NCBI GenBank assembly: GCA_020635235.1
Contig: JACKAF010000001.1
Coordinates: 178,380-242,379, forward strand
Source of the DNA: Pseudobdellovibrionaceae bacterium
GTDB taxonomy: Bacteria; Bdellovibrionota; FAC87; UBA2466; JACKAF01
Length of the DNA: 64,000 nucleotides
Reading direction: 5' to 3'
Under the pieces are notes generated by a model that saw nothing but the letters and a program-made list of their open reading frames with translations, searched no databases and was not told where the DNA came from. Below are positions 19,876 through 29,422 of the stretch, one piece after another. A program made the translations under genes and the position numbers. Position 1 is the stretch's first letter, and each line of letters opens with the position of its first letter.

Positions 19876-19919
19876 AACAAAAATCCACCCCCAGGCGAAT
19901 TCTCTGGTATAGCTAGGCA

Positions 19920-20570
19920 ATGAGGTTGCCTATGCGTTTGCACCGTGCCGTACTTTTTGGCTGCTCGTTTTTGCTGCTAGCCTTGGGAGGATCCAAACCT
20001 ACCGAAACGCCTACAAACGAACATCTCCCCACGTTTGATCGTATTAGCTTAAAGATAGCTGTGAAGCGCGATAAGAACACCTACCGCCTACGTACAGCAG
20101 GCCAGCTAAACTTCCTTGTCACTAGCCCAGTCCAGGGGGAAATCGCCTCCGTTTGTGAGCTCCCGGTTGTGTTGGAGTATTTGGGTGATAAGAACGACTT
20201 TGACAAAAAAGCCTCGAGCAAGATGGATCGCATCGCTAAACAGATGGGGCTCGAGCACTCCTCGGCTCAGGAGTTTTCGAGTGATCTCTTCTTTTTGAAG
20301 GAAGGTAAGTTTGCGGAGGAATTTGCGGGTCGCCTAGACGATCTTCTCACCCGCTATGAACTTACGCCGGTGCTGCTCGAAAAAACTGGGGAAGTGATCT
20401 TCGCTAAAACCGAAAAAGGGTTCGCTTTTAAGTTGCCCCTCGATACAAAGCTTGAATCGCAGATGTCGATTATTATCTCGCTCCGCCCAACAGACGACGC
20501 GGGGACGAGCGCTCTTTGCCAGCAAATCATCGGCAAGGGGTGGAGGCGGGCAAAGCCAACTCCGGGCTAG
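19920..20570 (+). CDS. hypothetical secreted protein
   Basis: Signal peptide MRLPMRLHRAVLFGCSFLLLALGGS. No known motif. Confidence 0.45.
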   Translation: MRLPMRLHRAVLFGCSFLLLALGGSKPTETPTNEHLPTFDRISLKIAVKRDKNTYRLRTAGQLNFLVTSPVQGEIASVCELPVVLEYLGDKNDFDKKASSKMDRIAKQMGLEHSSAQEFSSDLFFLKEGKFAEEFAGRLDDLLTRYELTPVLLEKTGEVIFAKTEKGFAFKLPLDTKLESQMSIIISLRPTDDAGTSALCQQIIGKGWRRAKPTPG

Positions 20571-21496
20571 TTTAGCCGATCGATGCGATCTCGTTTTTTA
20601 GGCCGCTCGATGGATCGGGCGATGCGCTTTTCGTTCACATCGAGGATAAAATCCCAATTGAATTTGACCTTGTTGTTCTTCAAAAGTTCCTGTGGTGGGT
20701 TGGGAAATCTTCCGACATCTTTAAAGGCTTTGATGGCGGCCTCATCCAAATACCCGGATTGGCTACTCGCTACAACCGCCAAATCAACCAGATTGCCCTC
20801 GCTATCTAGTTCCACGTAGACTTTGGTCCTTTTAATTCCATCCTTGAGTTTTCTTTGGCTCATCACCAAAGCGCGTGCACGGCGCTGCACTTCTGGCCGC
20901 CATTTGGGCGCGATTTTTTGTTTGATCCGATCGAAATAGATCCAGTGAGCAAACTCCTTGGTATTAAGAAGTGTGCGGGGCCCGCCGTCTATTCCCTCCA
21001 GGTATTCGTCCCGGGTGCTGCCAAAGCGAATTTCAAAGTCTGGAACACCGTGTTCGGATTTGTTAGGGCCCGCCGTCTGATCTCCCATCGTGTACGCATC
21101 GGGCAATAGCCCCAAACTTTGCAAAGAATCCTCTGAGCCGCCCGAGGCGACGGGGTCGCCTGTGAAAAAGGCCTCGCCTATCGGGGCGCGGGTTTCTTTG
21201 TCGACGGTTTGGCTGCGATCACTCAACTGATCTTCGCTCCCCGCTCTTGAGTCGTCCAGTGCGGCTTCTGTACGCACGAGCTTCTTGCTCTGTTCCGACT
21301 CGGGAACGACTCTCTCGCCGAGAACAGACTCGGCTTCCGAGATCTCAATGAGATCTTCCTCAGAAAGCGGATTTTTAGGCTGCGCTATAAAAATCTGCGG
21401 CGGCTGTATCTGAACCAAAAGAATTACCGCGTGAACAGCTACAGAAAGACAGAGATAGAATGAGCTAGAAAGCCGTTTGAGGGTTTTATCGAGCAT
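20567..21496 (-). CDS. TonB C-terminal-domain protein (membrane-anchored, acidic linker)
   Basis: N-terminal TM anchor. C-terminal roughly 90 aa (KVYVELDSEGNLVDLAVVASSQSGYLDEAAIKAFKDVGRFPNP) fits the TonB_C pattern. No adjacent exbBD. Confidence 0.5.
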   Translation of the reverse strand: MLDKTLKRLSSSFYLCLSVAVHAVILLVQIQPPQIFIAQPKNPLSEEDLIEISEAESVLGERVVPESEQSKKLVRTEAALDDSRAGSEDQLSDRSQTVDKETRAPIGEAFFTGDPVASGGSEDSLQSLGLLPDAYTMGDQTAGPNKSEHGVPDFEIRFGSTRDEYLEGIDGGPRTLLNTKEFAHWIYFDRIKQKIAPKWRPEVQRRARALVMSQRKLKDGIKRTKVYVELDSEGNLVDLAVVASSQSGYLDEAAIKAFKDVGRFPNPPQELLKNNKVKFNWDFILDVNEKRIARSIERPKKRDRIDRLN

Positions 21497-22117
21497 AGCG
21501 TTAGGCCGAGTGCGGGAAACACCGGGCGGTACTCTTCATTCTAGATGAAGCGACAACGCATCTGAAGCAAAACCGGAAAAATCGGACGGCGCTCGGCATT
21601 AGCAGGATAGCCACCTGCGTAATAAAGGGAAGGAAGGAAAGGTGGGTAGGCCGAACACTACGCAACTAATTTTTCTATGAGACTTAGGTGACTGGTATTG
21701 CAGTATTGGATCGCGTATGTGTTCAGCCCTCTTTATTCCCACTGCTTACGGGACAATCTATAGCTATTGTGCGCTTCACCGGGCCCAAGCTCACGTGACA
21801 AGGGTGGCGAGAAAAGGAGGCCACGCTGAGCCCAGTTTGTCGGAAACGTATTCAGTCTGTGTACAGAGCTTGGTCAGCTGGGGAGATAGCTGTATTCATT
21901 AGCTAAATGGATTTTTCCCGGACGAGTGTCGAGCTTCATAGGCCCTCAGGCACGATGGGGGTTGCCATATAATACCAATATAATCAAGTGCTTATTGACT
22001 GCCGGGATGGCCCGGGCCTTGCAATTTGTAGAGGCTGTCTGGCTGCTTTCACCTTTGACCTTCATCCCTGTCCCACTTCATTGAATCTTCCAAGCAAAGC
22101 AAAGTCGAAGGGTTCTA

Positions 22118-23656
22118 ATGTCCGCGCTTTTCAAAAATTTGTTTCTGCTCTCCCTGATAGCACTTGCCGGTTGTACCCGGATTACCGGAGGTAACGGCGA
22201 AGTTTTCGGGGGCGGCGATATTACCAAACAGCTTCTCAATCGCATCCGCAATACGATCCTGTTGGACTCAGTCCGAAACTTAGCGGATGGGCGACAAGTC
22301 AGCTGCAACCTTGAAGCGCTTTGCAGCGAGCACTCGGAGACGCGCGTTTGCCAATCGCGTCCTGTACTGAACCAAACCGAAGTTCAAGCCTGTGAATACA
22401 TCATCCAAAGAAACATCGGAAAACTTCTCTCCGTAGTGCAGTCAACTCAAGTTACGATGGAAAGCTCCGAAAAACCTATTTTTGATAATGGGGCACGCGT
22501 CTCTGCAATTACCTCATTATCCAGTAGCGGCCCGATTCGAGTGGACGTTGCCCGCGTACGGGAACAAAACCTGACGGATTCGGAAATCGCCACACTCTTT
22601 GCCCATGAATTCCTCCACAAAGTTCAGGATCTAATGCCTGGAACGGGATACCTGGATGACGAGGACTCGCTTTCGCCGTTTAGCCAGGGAAGAAAACTCT
22701 TAGATGCCATCGCAACGGTAGTGGGAATCGGCACGCTTAGGAGAATAAGCGCCAAAACCGCTCGCATCGCGGTCGGAACAGACTCGGGAATTCTACGCAC
22801 TCTTCTGGTCTCAGAACAAAAACTCGCTTCTGATCTTTTTCAGCAGCTGGACGCCTTTGGTGAAGACGCCGCACCCGCCATTGCCTCAGGAGATCTGAAC
22901 GGAGACGGGACAGCGGATCTGGTTCTTTCAAGCGCACTCTCCTCACAAGTGATCGCTATCGATGGAAAAACCGGCTCCCAGCTCGCGAGCTGGGTAGGTT
23001 TGGGCGCCGGTTCATCCGTCGCGGTAGGAGACGTGAACGGCGACGGTCTCCCCGATGTCCTCGTGGGTACGCCTCCTGGCCCCGTAAACAAAATTGTAGT
23101 TTACGACAATTTGAACCAGTCGGAATTATATGTCCACCAACCCTATGACACCGGTTTTATCAGTGGGGTTTACGTCGCGGCAGGCGATGTAAATGGAGAT
23201 GGACGCGATGAGATCGTCTCCACCCCTCGGTTGGGCGGCGGCCCTCACCTCAAAGTTTATGATCCAATGGCCGGGATCTACCGATATGATGGATTCGTGT
23301 ACAACCCCGCCTATGTCGGCGGTGTCTCTGTTGCCGCAGGGGATTTGAACGGTAACGGCCGGGATGAGATAATTGTGGGTGCCGCTTTTGGCGCCGGTCC
23401 TCACGTTCGCGCTTTGGACGTCGTCTCCGGAACCATAGCTTATGATGGCTTCCCCTACGATCCCGGTTTCACGGGGGGCGTGCTGGTAGCCAGTGGTGAT
23501 ACGGATGGAGATGGTTTAGCAGAAATCATCACTGTGCCGCATCAAATCGAAAATTTGCCATTGAAAGTGCTTAACCCAAGAAACTCCTCGATAGCGTTTC
23601 AATTTCAGCTATCTCAGGGAGCCACGGGGCCACGCACTTTGGCTTTCATCCGATAA
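22118..23656 (+). CDS. lipoprotein with conserved N-terminal HExxH domain plus FG-GAP repeats (module A, copy 1)
   Basis: Lipobox LIALAGC. HEFLHKVQD motif. Five to six FG-GAP-like repeats (GDLNGDGTADLV, GDVNGDGLPDVLVG, GDVNGDGRDEIVS, GDLNGNGRDEIIVG, GDTDGDGLAEIITV). N-terminal 180 aa paralogous to 25355-26713. Confidence 0.65.
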   Translation: MSALFKNLFLLSLIALAGCTRITGGNGEVFGGGDITKQLLNRIRNTILLDSVRNLADGRQVSCNLEALCSEHSETRVCQSRPVLNQTEVQACEYIIQRNIGKLLSVVQSTQVTMESSEKPIFDNGARVSAITSLSSSGPIRVDVARVREQNLTDSEIATLFAHEFLHKVQDLMPGTGYLDDEDSLSPFSQGRKLLDAIATVVGIGTLRRISAKTARIAVGTDSGILRTLLVSEQKLASDLFQQLDAFGEDAAPAIASGDLNGDGTADLVLSSALSSQVIAIDGKTGSQLASWVGLGAGSSVAVGDVNGDGLPDVLVGTPPGPVNKIVVYDNLNQSELYVHQPYDTGFISGVYVAAGDVNGDGRDEIVSTPRLGGGPHLKVYDPMAGIYRYDGFVYNPAYVGGVSVAAGDLNGNGRDEIIVGAAFGAGPHVRALDVVSGTIAYDGFPYDPGFTGGVLVASGDTDGDGLAEIITVPHQIENLPLKVLNPRNSSIAFQFQLSQGATGPRTLAFIR

Positions 23657-23661
23657 AAACC

Positions 23662-25116
23662 ATGGATCTTGCCTCGCGATTCGCTGACATCGACCATCTG
23701 ATTCAGAAGGGTCGAAGCCAGGAAGCCTTTGAAAAATTATCTCATCTAAATGCCAAAGAATTGGAGCGTTCAGATTTGCCGGCCTACGCCCAACTTGCCT
23801 GGCGGGCCAACGCCCCAGAACTAGGAATAAGAGCTTTAGCAAAATACGTACGGCCGGATCTTAAAACAACGCAAGATCCCTCAACGGCAGAAGTTGCGGA
23901 ATATGCTGCCTGCCTTTCTCGCATTGGGGCCCACGCAGAAGCGGAATTTTTGCTAGCGCCTTGCGACCCGGGGGAGTACCCGAGAGTCTTATTTTATCGG
24001 GCCGCCTTACACATCTCTAAATGGGAATACCACCTAGCCGTCCCAATTCTCAGAAATTTTCTATCCAATTCTCGTATCACACCCTACGAGCGCCTCGTTG
24101 CAAGGATAAATGTCGCCGAAGCGCTTGTCGTTCTGGGTGAAGCCATTCAGGCCAACTATCTCCTCAGAGAGCTGCTGCACACGACTAACCTGTACCAGTA
24201 CCAATACGCAAATGCCAAAGTGCTCGAGCTTTCTGCGCAAAATGCCATCCAAAGAGGTGACATAGAGATCGCGCAAAAAATGCTGAACAGCGCGGGCGAG
24301 ATGTTGGGCGAGGCGAAAAACTTTGAGCCCCTGTTCATTTCTAAATTCAAACTCTACGCGCGGATGCACGCCAACCCTGGAGAAGCAGGGCTTCTTGCGG
24401 AGCTAAAGGAGCTCCTCCTGCGGGCTAAGGAAATTGCCCACTACGAAACGGTCAGGGATCTGGAAGCTTGTATCGCTATTTACAATCAGGACGATAAAAG
24501 GTTTTTGCGCGTTTACGAGGGCACCCCCTATCTGGCATTCAGAAGCAAGATGCTGAGCGCATGGCCCAATGAAGCCCCCGCCCCACGCGGCATACTGCGG
24601 CTGGGTCCCGAAAATGGCGAAGCGAAGCCCCTATCTCTCTTTGGAAAAGAGGAGGAAGGCAAACCCAGCCTGCTCATTCAAAAGGTTTTTTCTGCGCTAC
24701 TAAAGGACCTCTACCGACCGACAAAGGTAGCTACGCTCTACGCAGCCATTTACGAAGGCGAGCACTATCGATACGAAAGCTCCCCGCTACGCGTACGCCA
24801 GGCGGTAAAACGCGCGAGACAATGGCTTTCGGAGAATTGTAACGGACTCAAGATTGAGAGAAGTGAGGACGGTTTTTTTCTCAGTGCCGATGAGCCAATC
24901 GACGTGTACGTGGCGCCCCCTCAGCCCGCCGCGGAGAACCGCTTGGAGGCGTTAAAAGAAAATTTTGGGCAAGAGGCCTTCTCACTCCAAACCGCGGGTA
25001 AGGTGCTCGAACTCTCGCCTCGTTCGGTACTGCGTCTGCTCAGCGAACCGCTCGACTCGGGAGAAATCCAGAAGACGGGTTCGGGTCGCCAAACCAAGTA
25101 CCGGTTCTGCTCGTAG
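23662..25116 (+). CDS. TPR-like helical protein with C-terminal winged-helix motif (module A partner, copy 1)
   Basis: 484 aa. Helical repeat-rich N-region. C-terminus LSPRSVLRLLSEPLDSGEIQKTGSGRQTKYRF carries a GxGRxTxY winged-helix signature. Paralog of 26716-28191. Confidence 0.6.
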   Translation: MDLASRFADIDHLIQKGRSQEAFEKLSHLNAKELERSDLPAYAQLAWRANAPELGIRALAKYVRPDLKTTQDPSTAEVAEYAACLSRIGAHAEAEFLLAPCDPGEYPRVLFYRAALHISKWEYHLAVPILRNFLSNSRITPYERLVARINVAEALVVLGEAIQANYLLRELLHTTNLYQYQYANAKVLELSAQNAIQRGDIEIAQKMLNSAGEMLGEAKNFEPLFISKFKLYARMHANPGEAGLLAELKELLLRAKEIAHYETVRDLEACIAIYNQDDKRFLRVYEGTPYLAFRSKMLSAWPNEAPAPRGILRLGPENGEAKPLSLFGKEEEGKPSLLIQKVFSALLKDLYRPTKVATLYAAIYEGEHYRYESSPLRVRQAVKRARQWLSENCNGLKIERSEDGFFLSADEPIDVYVAPPQPAAENRLEALKENFGQEAFSLQTAGKVLELSPRSVLRLLSEPLDSGEIQKTGSGRQTKYRFCS

Positions 25117-25153
25117 GCCCCCACTGAACAAAGCCCTAACGCCTGCCCAAAAC

Positions 25154-25170
25154 GTATACAACTTGTATAC
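25154..25170. promoter_or_regulatory. perfect 8-1-8 palindrome GTATACAACTTGTATAC, candidate operator
   Basis: Read directly from the sequence. Lies in the intergenic region between the two copies of module A. Confidence 0.35.
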
Positions 25171-25354
25171 TGACCGGGGGGTGTGCAGCAATATTATCCT
25201 TTACTTTCAATAACTTACCAACTGATCTACCGCCCGAATCTGGCACGTCACTTGCTTTATTTAGGTGTGACGCCTTTTAGATAACTTCTTTGCCGGCCAC
25301 TTCTTAGAAACTCTTTCCAACGATTCGCACCCAGGCATTTCCGATAGGTGCTTT

Positions 25355-26713
25355 TTGAGAGACTTCGCTAAAAACTTCCGAATTTTGGTTCTAGGCCTCA
25401 GCCTAAGCGCGCTTCTCACCGGTTGTCTCGATCTAAACAACGGTGAATTCTATGGCGGCAGTGACGGGCTCAAGAAAAAGGCGCAATCTGCTTGGGCACT
25501 AGCGAATAAGCACATCATGGAAATCGAAACAGCGATTAACGCGGGAACGCTAGAACGGGACAGCCTCTGCGTTGCTTCGCTTTGCGATCAGAATCCCGAG
25601 GTCTGTGCGCACCTTCAGGCTGTGAGCACGATCGATTTGGAATCTGCGCGGGACTTTTTAGTGAACCCAAACAACGTGATTGACCTTGTGACGGCAATCA
25701 ACTCAATGGAACTGGTTATTAGTGAGAATCCGCTCTTCCTCAACGGTACGGAAAAAGACGCCATCGTCAACCTTCGCAATCAAACGATTGCCCTAAGCCG
25801 ACCGCGAACCAAAGACATGAGCGTCTCCCGTCTTCAAATGCTCATTGTTCATGAGTTGATTCACATTGTAGAGCAAACTGCGCAGGAGCTTCCGGAAATG
25901 GATAACGTAGGCGCCTGTGTCGCGGTTTTCGGGAATCCGACAGACAGCTTGGGCCCTCAGTACGAGCGCCCCCACTGCGAGTTGCGATTGAGCAAGAGCG
26001 TAGCCGAGCTCAACGAAAATATTGAAGCAACCGTCCGCGTAGTATCCGGTGACGCCGGAGCACGCGCCCGAATCGACGGTGAAGTTGCCGCTATCGAGGA
26101 AGACAGCGATGAGTCTCTCGTCGCCAGCCGGATGATTTCCTTCGCGCGCGACGGGGTGAAACAGATTGAGGCCTCCGTACTAGGTAAAGACGGTAGTTAC
26201 TACGCGTGTGAAGCGGGTGCAAACGGGACCCCCCGCTACCCAGCACAAATTACCCTTCTCCCGCCTAAGTGCGAATCGCGCATATCCATCTTGACCGGTG
26301 AAGTCTCGGGCTTGAGAGCGGGTGAGCTAACAAGCACGGTTTACATTCCCATTTACCCGGAGCTGCGCGAAGGGGAGAGCAAAAGGTTGATGGTGTATGC
26401 AATGGTTGAAACAATTCCCGATAGGAACGACCCGAACGCACCCGCGAACGGGCGGGTGACGGTGCGCGTGCGCACGTCCAACCCGAACATCCCGTCACAG
26501 AATCCCTTAGAAGTTTGGTGCGACCATGGTTTGCTTCAAAGCAATATGGATACACTTGAGTTCCTGGTTACCGAAGAAACTGCCCCGGAAGTTCGGGACC
26601 GTTTGCACTTGAAATTAATGCATGAAGTGTCTGACAGAGGCCCGAAATTCTTCCCAGATACTCATCCGGATTTGACCTCCTGGAGAGGCATTCGGGTCTT
26701 TGAAAGGCAGTAA
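25355..26713 (+). CDS. lipoprotein with conserved N-terminal HExxH domain (module A, copy 2)
   Basis: TTG start with SD AGGTG. Lipobox LLTGC. HELIHIVEQ motif. The N-domain aligns with copy 1 (GC..NGE.FGG.D...C..SLC...VC...HE..H.V). The C-terminal region is different. Confidence 0.6.
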   Translation: MRDFAKNFRILVLGLSLSALLTGCLDLNNGEFYGGSDGLKKKAQSAWALANKHIMEIETAINAGTLERDSLCVASLCDQNPEVCAHLQAVSTIDLESARDFLVNPNNVIDLVTAINSMELVISENPLFLNGTEKDAIVNLRNQTIALSRPRTKDMSVSRLQMLIVHELIHIVEQTAQELPEMDNVGACVAVFGNPTDSLGPQYERPHCELRLSKSVAELNENIEATVRVVSGDAGARARIDGEVAAIEEDSDESLVASRMISFARDGVKQIEASVLGKDGSYYACEAGANGTPRYPAQITLLPPKCESRISILTGEVSGLRAGELTSTVYIPIYPELREGESKRLMVYAMVETIPDRNDPNAPANGRVTVRVRTSNPNIPSQNPLEVWCDHGLLQSNMDTLEFLVTEETAPEVRDRLHLKLMHEVSDRGPKFFPDTHPDLTSWRGIRVFERQ

Positions 26714-26715
26714 AC

Positions 26716-28191
26716 CTAAGCTTTGAAGCGGTAGCGAGTAGAACGCCCACCACCTGTCTTTTCCAAAATTCCGTCCGCGACAAAGTCCGCGAGCAGCCTG
26801 GTTGCCGATCGATCGGACATCGCGAGGCAAAACGCCGCTTCCTTTAGCGAAAAAGGCGTTGCGCTGAGCTTCTCACGAAGTTTTTCCAGTTTTACCCCAC
26901 CCCGCGAGGCCAAGGTTTCCCGGTGCGGCACGGTAATTGTACATTCCGGTTTAGCGACGAGGCGATAGTGGCGCCCCTGGTGGGCGATGCCCAGCGGGAT
27001 CTTGTTCAGCTCAAACCACTCACGAAGACGCACAATTCCCTGATGTATCCTGCCCGGCGAAGTGCTCGGATTGAAAAATTCATCGCCGAAAACCTCCGAA
27101 AAAAGTGCGGCGATCTGACGGGGGCGATAAAAGTCGGAGCACAAGGCCCCTAACAATCGATGAGGAAGTTGACCCACCTTAAGCGGATCTCTGAAATTGG
27201 ACTTCTCCTCAAAAAGGCGGAAGGCCTTTTCTTCTTTTAGATTTCCAACGGCCCAATTGAATTCTTTTGGAATTGCTAGATCCTCACCAAAATCTTTTAA
27301 AAGATACTCACGATACCGCTTGTGGGGAGTTCCAAAGTAAAGTTTTAAGAGCAGTTCTTCATCCTTAGCGATTAACGCTAAAAACCGATCACAGTCCCTA
27401 ACCGTTTCCCAGTGTCCAAATTCTACGGCCCGAGAGCGTACCGAGTGAATGTTCCGAAAGTTTTCGGAACTCGGTGAGAGTTTGGCGCAAACAATCGCTG
27501 ACCACTTATCAATAAACAATCTATCGACGGTATTAGATTCTTTTAGGAGAGTTCGCGCACGATCAAGAAAAGTACCTGCACCCGCTAGGTCCCCAAGAAA
27601 AACCGCGTGCGTCGCGGATATCTCAAGGGCATTAGCCAAAAGTCTTGTGTGCTTGTGGAGGCTCGTGTCGTGCAACAACTCTCGTAAAAGAGCCGTCGCA
27701 GGTACCTCCTGGCGTTCGAAGACCAGCGCCGAAGCAAGGTTCACTTTCGCTACCAGTCTCTGGTACGGATCCTCACCAGGGGCTTCCAAAAATTCCTGAA
27801 GTAGAGGAATGGCTTCCTGGTACGCCCAGGACCCAAAATAGGCAAAAGCCCGGTAGAGAGAGGTTTTCGGAGTAGGTTCAGCGATGGAGTCTAAGATCCC
27901 CAACGCCTCCGGGGTTGCCCCCAAGCGCATCAAACACGCGGCGTATTCGAGCTTCTCCTCAACACTCGCTTCTTTTTTCTTGCGCTCCGAAGGGCGGACG
28001 ATCGCGTGCAAAGCCAAAAGGCCAGCTTCGGGTAGACCTGCGCGCCAGGAGAGTTGCGCGAGCTTCGCCCGAAAATCTCGGGGTGTTTTTCGAGCCGCTA
28101 GATCCTTTAAAAGGGCCTGGGCCTCACCCCCCTGCCCCGCCTGGATTAGCCGGTGGATTTGCTCCAATTGGGTGCTGTAGGGAGAGCTCAT
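26716..28191 (-). CDS. TPR-like helical protein with C-terminal winged-helix motif (module A partner, copy 2)
   Basis: 491 aa, paralogous along its length to 23662-25116. Ends ...ILEKTGGGRSTRYRFKA. Convergent with, and 2 bp from, the copy-2 lipoprotein. Confidence 0.6.
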   Translation of the reverse strand: MSSPYSTQLEQIHRLIQAGQGGEAQALLKDLAARKTPRDFRAKLAQLSWRAGLPEAGLLALHAIVRPSERKKKEASVEEKLEYAACLMRLGATPEALGILDSIAEPTPKTSLYRAFAYFGSWAYQEAIPLLQEFLEAPGEDPYQRLVAKVNLASALVFERQEVPATALLRELLHDTSLHKHTRLLANALEISATHAVFLGDLAGAGTFLDRARTLLKESNTVDRLFIDKWSAIVCAKLSPSSENFRNIHSVRSRAVEFGHWETVRDCDRFLALIAKDEELLLKLYFGTPHKRYREYLLKDFGEDLAIPKEFNWAVGNLKEEKAFRLFEEKSNFRDPLKVGQLPHRLLGALCSDFYRPRQIAALFSEVFGDEFFNPSTSPGRIHQGIVRLREWFELNKIPLGIAHQGRHYRLVAKPECTITVPHRETLASRGGVKLEKLREKLSATPFSLKEAAFCLAMSDRSATRLLADFVADGILEKTGGGRSTRYRFKA

Positions 28192-28363
28192 AGGAGGGTT
28201 TATTGTACCATGGGGGTGACCGCAGGCCGGCCCGACGCGAGCATAACTTATTAATATTATTCATATATATTACTTGCTATTCTCGCCAAAATGCTAAATC
28301 GGAACGCACGTCCCATTTCCGTAAACTAAGAGAATACGAACCCCTTTTACTTAAGAGGCCAAC

Positions 28364-29302
28364 ATGAAAAACATACTTAGTGCATTCACCCTCATAGTAA
28401 TCCTTCAGGCGACTGTCGCCTGCCAAAAAGCACCGATAAACCTTGTCCCGCAAGAGGCGGCTATCAAGTCCGCTAGGAACGGGAAAATTTACCCAGTCAA
28501 CTGCCTCATCGAAATGGGTGCGGACGACATGGAGCAATGCGCGCTCTCGGAAAGCCAAGTTCGATCGGGCGGAAGCAGCGCTAGAGGGCTCGCGAACTCG
28601 CAATTCAACTACACTCAACCTGGATACGGGTACACGCAGCTCTTTAATCCGTACTATTTCTTGAACGTGGGTAGCTACAACGAGTTTGATCTTTGTACCT
28701 ACCTTTTTGGGATCGATCGCTGTTTCGAAGCCTTTGGTTATTTCCCGCCGCTGCCTTTGAACTCCGGGCCTAGCGACTGCGAACTCGCGTTTCTCTTTGG
28801 GGGCGCTCCTGTATTCGATCCCCGGTGCTTTATCGGCGCGGTTCCGGAATTTCCTGGAGTTGTCATCGAGCCAACAGAGCCGCTTTCAGGCCACGAGGCA
28901 AACCCGCACATCCTCATTGAGGTGCGCATGCGCCGCGGTACTTCGGCGAAGTTCCTGCGCGTAATGCGCAACCGCGACATTGTCACCGGCTGCTCGGGTG
29001 ATCAGGAATGCCCGAACCGCACCGTGCGCAAGATCACGACCGAGCGCGAGAACAATATTCGCGAAGCGCTTACCAAGCTCAAAAAAGAAGATCTCGAAGT
29101 ACTTGTGAACGACCGCACTTGCCAGGGCAACCCGGCTCGGCCCGCAACGAACTTCGACCGCTTCACTGCAAACGATCGAGAATTCGTACTGTTCGAACAG
29201 ATCCGAACGCAATGCTTGAGCCGAGTCCGACAAGATCGTACCAACCCTGCGGTACGCTTGTACGACATTCTTCGCCAGCTCAGAAACGAGGTTCAATTAT
29301 AA
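28364..29302 (+). CDS. Cys-rich secreted hypothetical protein
   Basis: Signal or lipoprotein peptide MKNILSAFTLIVILQATVAC. Multiple Cys residues. No known domain. Confidence 0.45.
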   Translation: MKNILSAFTLIVILQATVACQKAPINLVPQEAAIKSARNGKIYPVNCLIEMGADDMEQCALSESQVRSGGSSARGLANSQFNYTQPGYGYTQLFNPYYFLNVGSYNEFDLCTYLFGIDRCFEAFGYFPPLPLNSGPSDCELAFLFGGAPVFDPRCFIGAVPEFPGVVIEPTEPLSGHEANPHILIEVRMRRGTSAKFLRVMRNRDIVTGCSGDQECPNRTVRKITTERENNIREALTKLKKEDLEVLVNDRTCQGNPARPATNFDRFTANDREFVLFEQIRTQCLSRVRQDRTNPAVRLYDILRQLRNEVQL

Positions 29303-29333
29303 GGAATGGTCCCTAATACCTAAGCACGCAACT

Positions 29334-29378
29334 CCCGACTCCAGACTAGCGCCCGCAGTGTCTGGAGTCGGGTTTTAT
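29334..29378. terminator. bidirectional rho-independent terminator hairpin
   Basis: 13-bp stem CCCGACTCCAGAC / GTCTGGAGTCGGG followed by TTTTAT. Sits between convergent genes 28364-29302 and 29423-33919. Confidence 0.55.
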
Positions 29379-29422
29379 CCTTGTAAACATGGCGCTCTTC
29401 GGCCGCGGCGGCGAAAAATCAC

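Noticed and set aside
21497-22117. RNase P RNA, tmRNA or SRP RNA in the long intergenic region
   Set aside because: Conserved hallmarks were not found by eye (GGAAAGTCCGGGCTCC and AGGGTGAAA for RNase P; a tRNA-like CCA-ending 3' domain for tmRNA).
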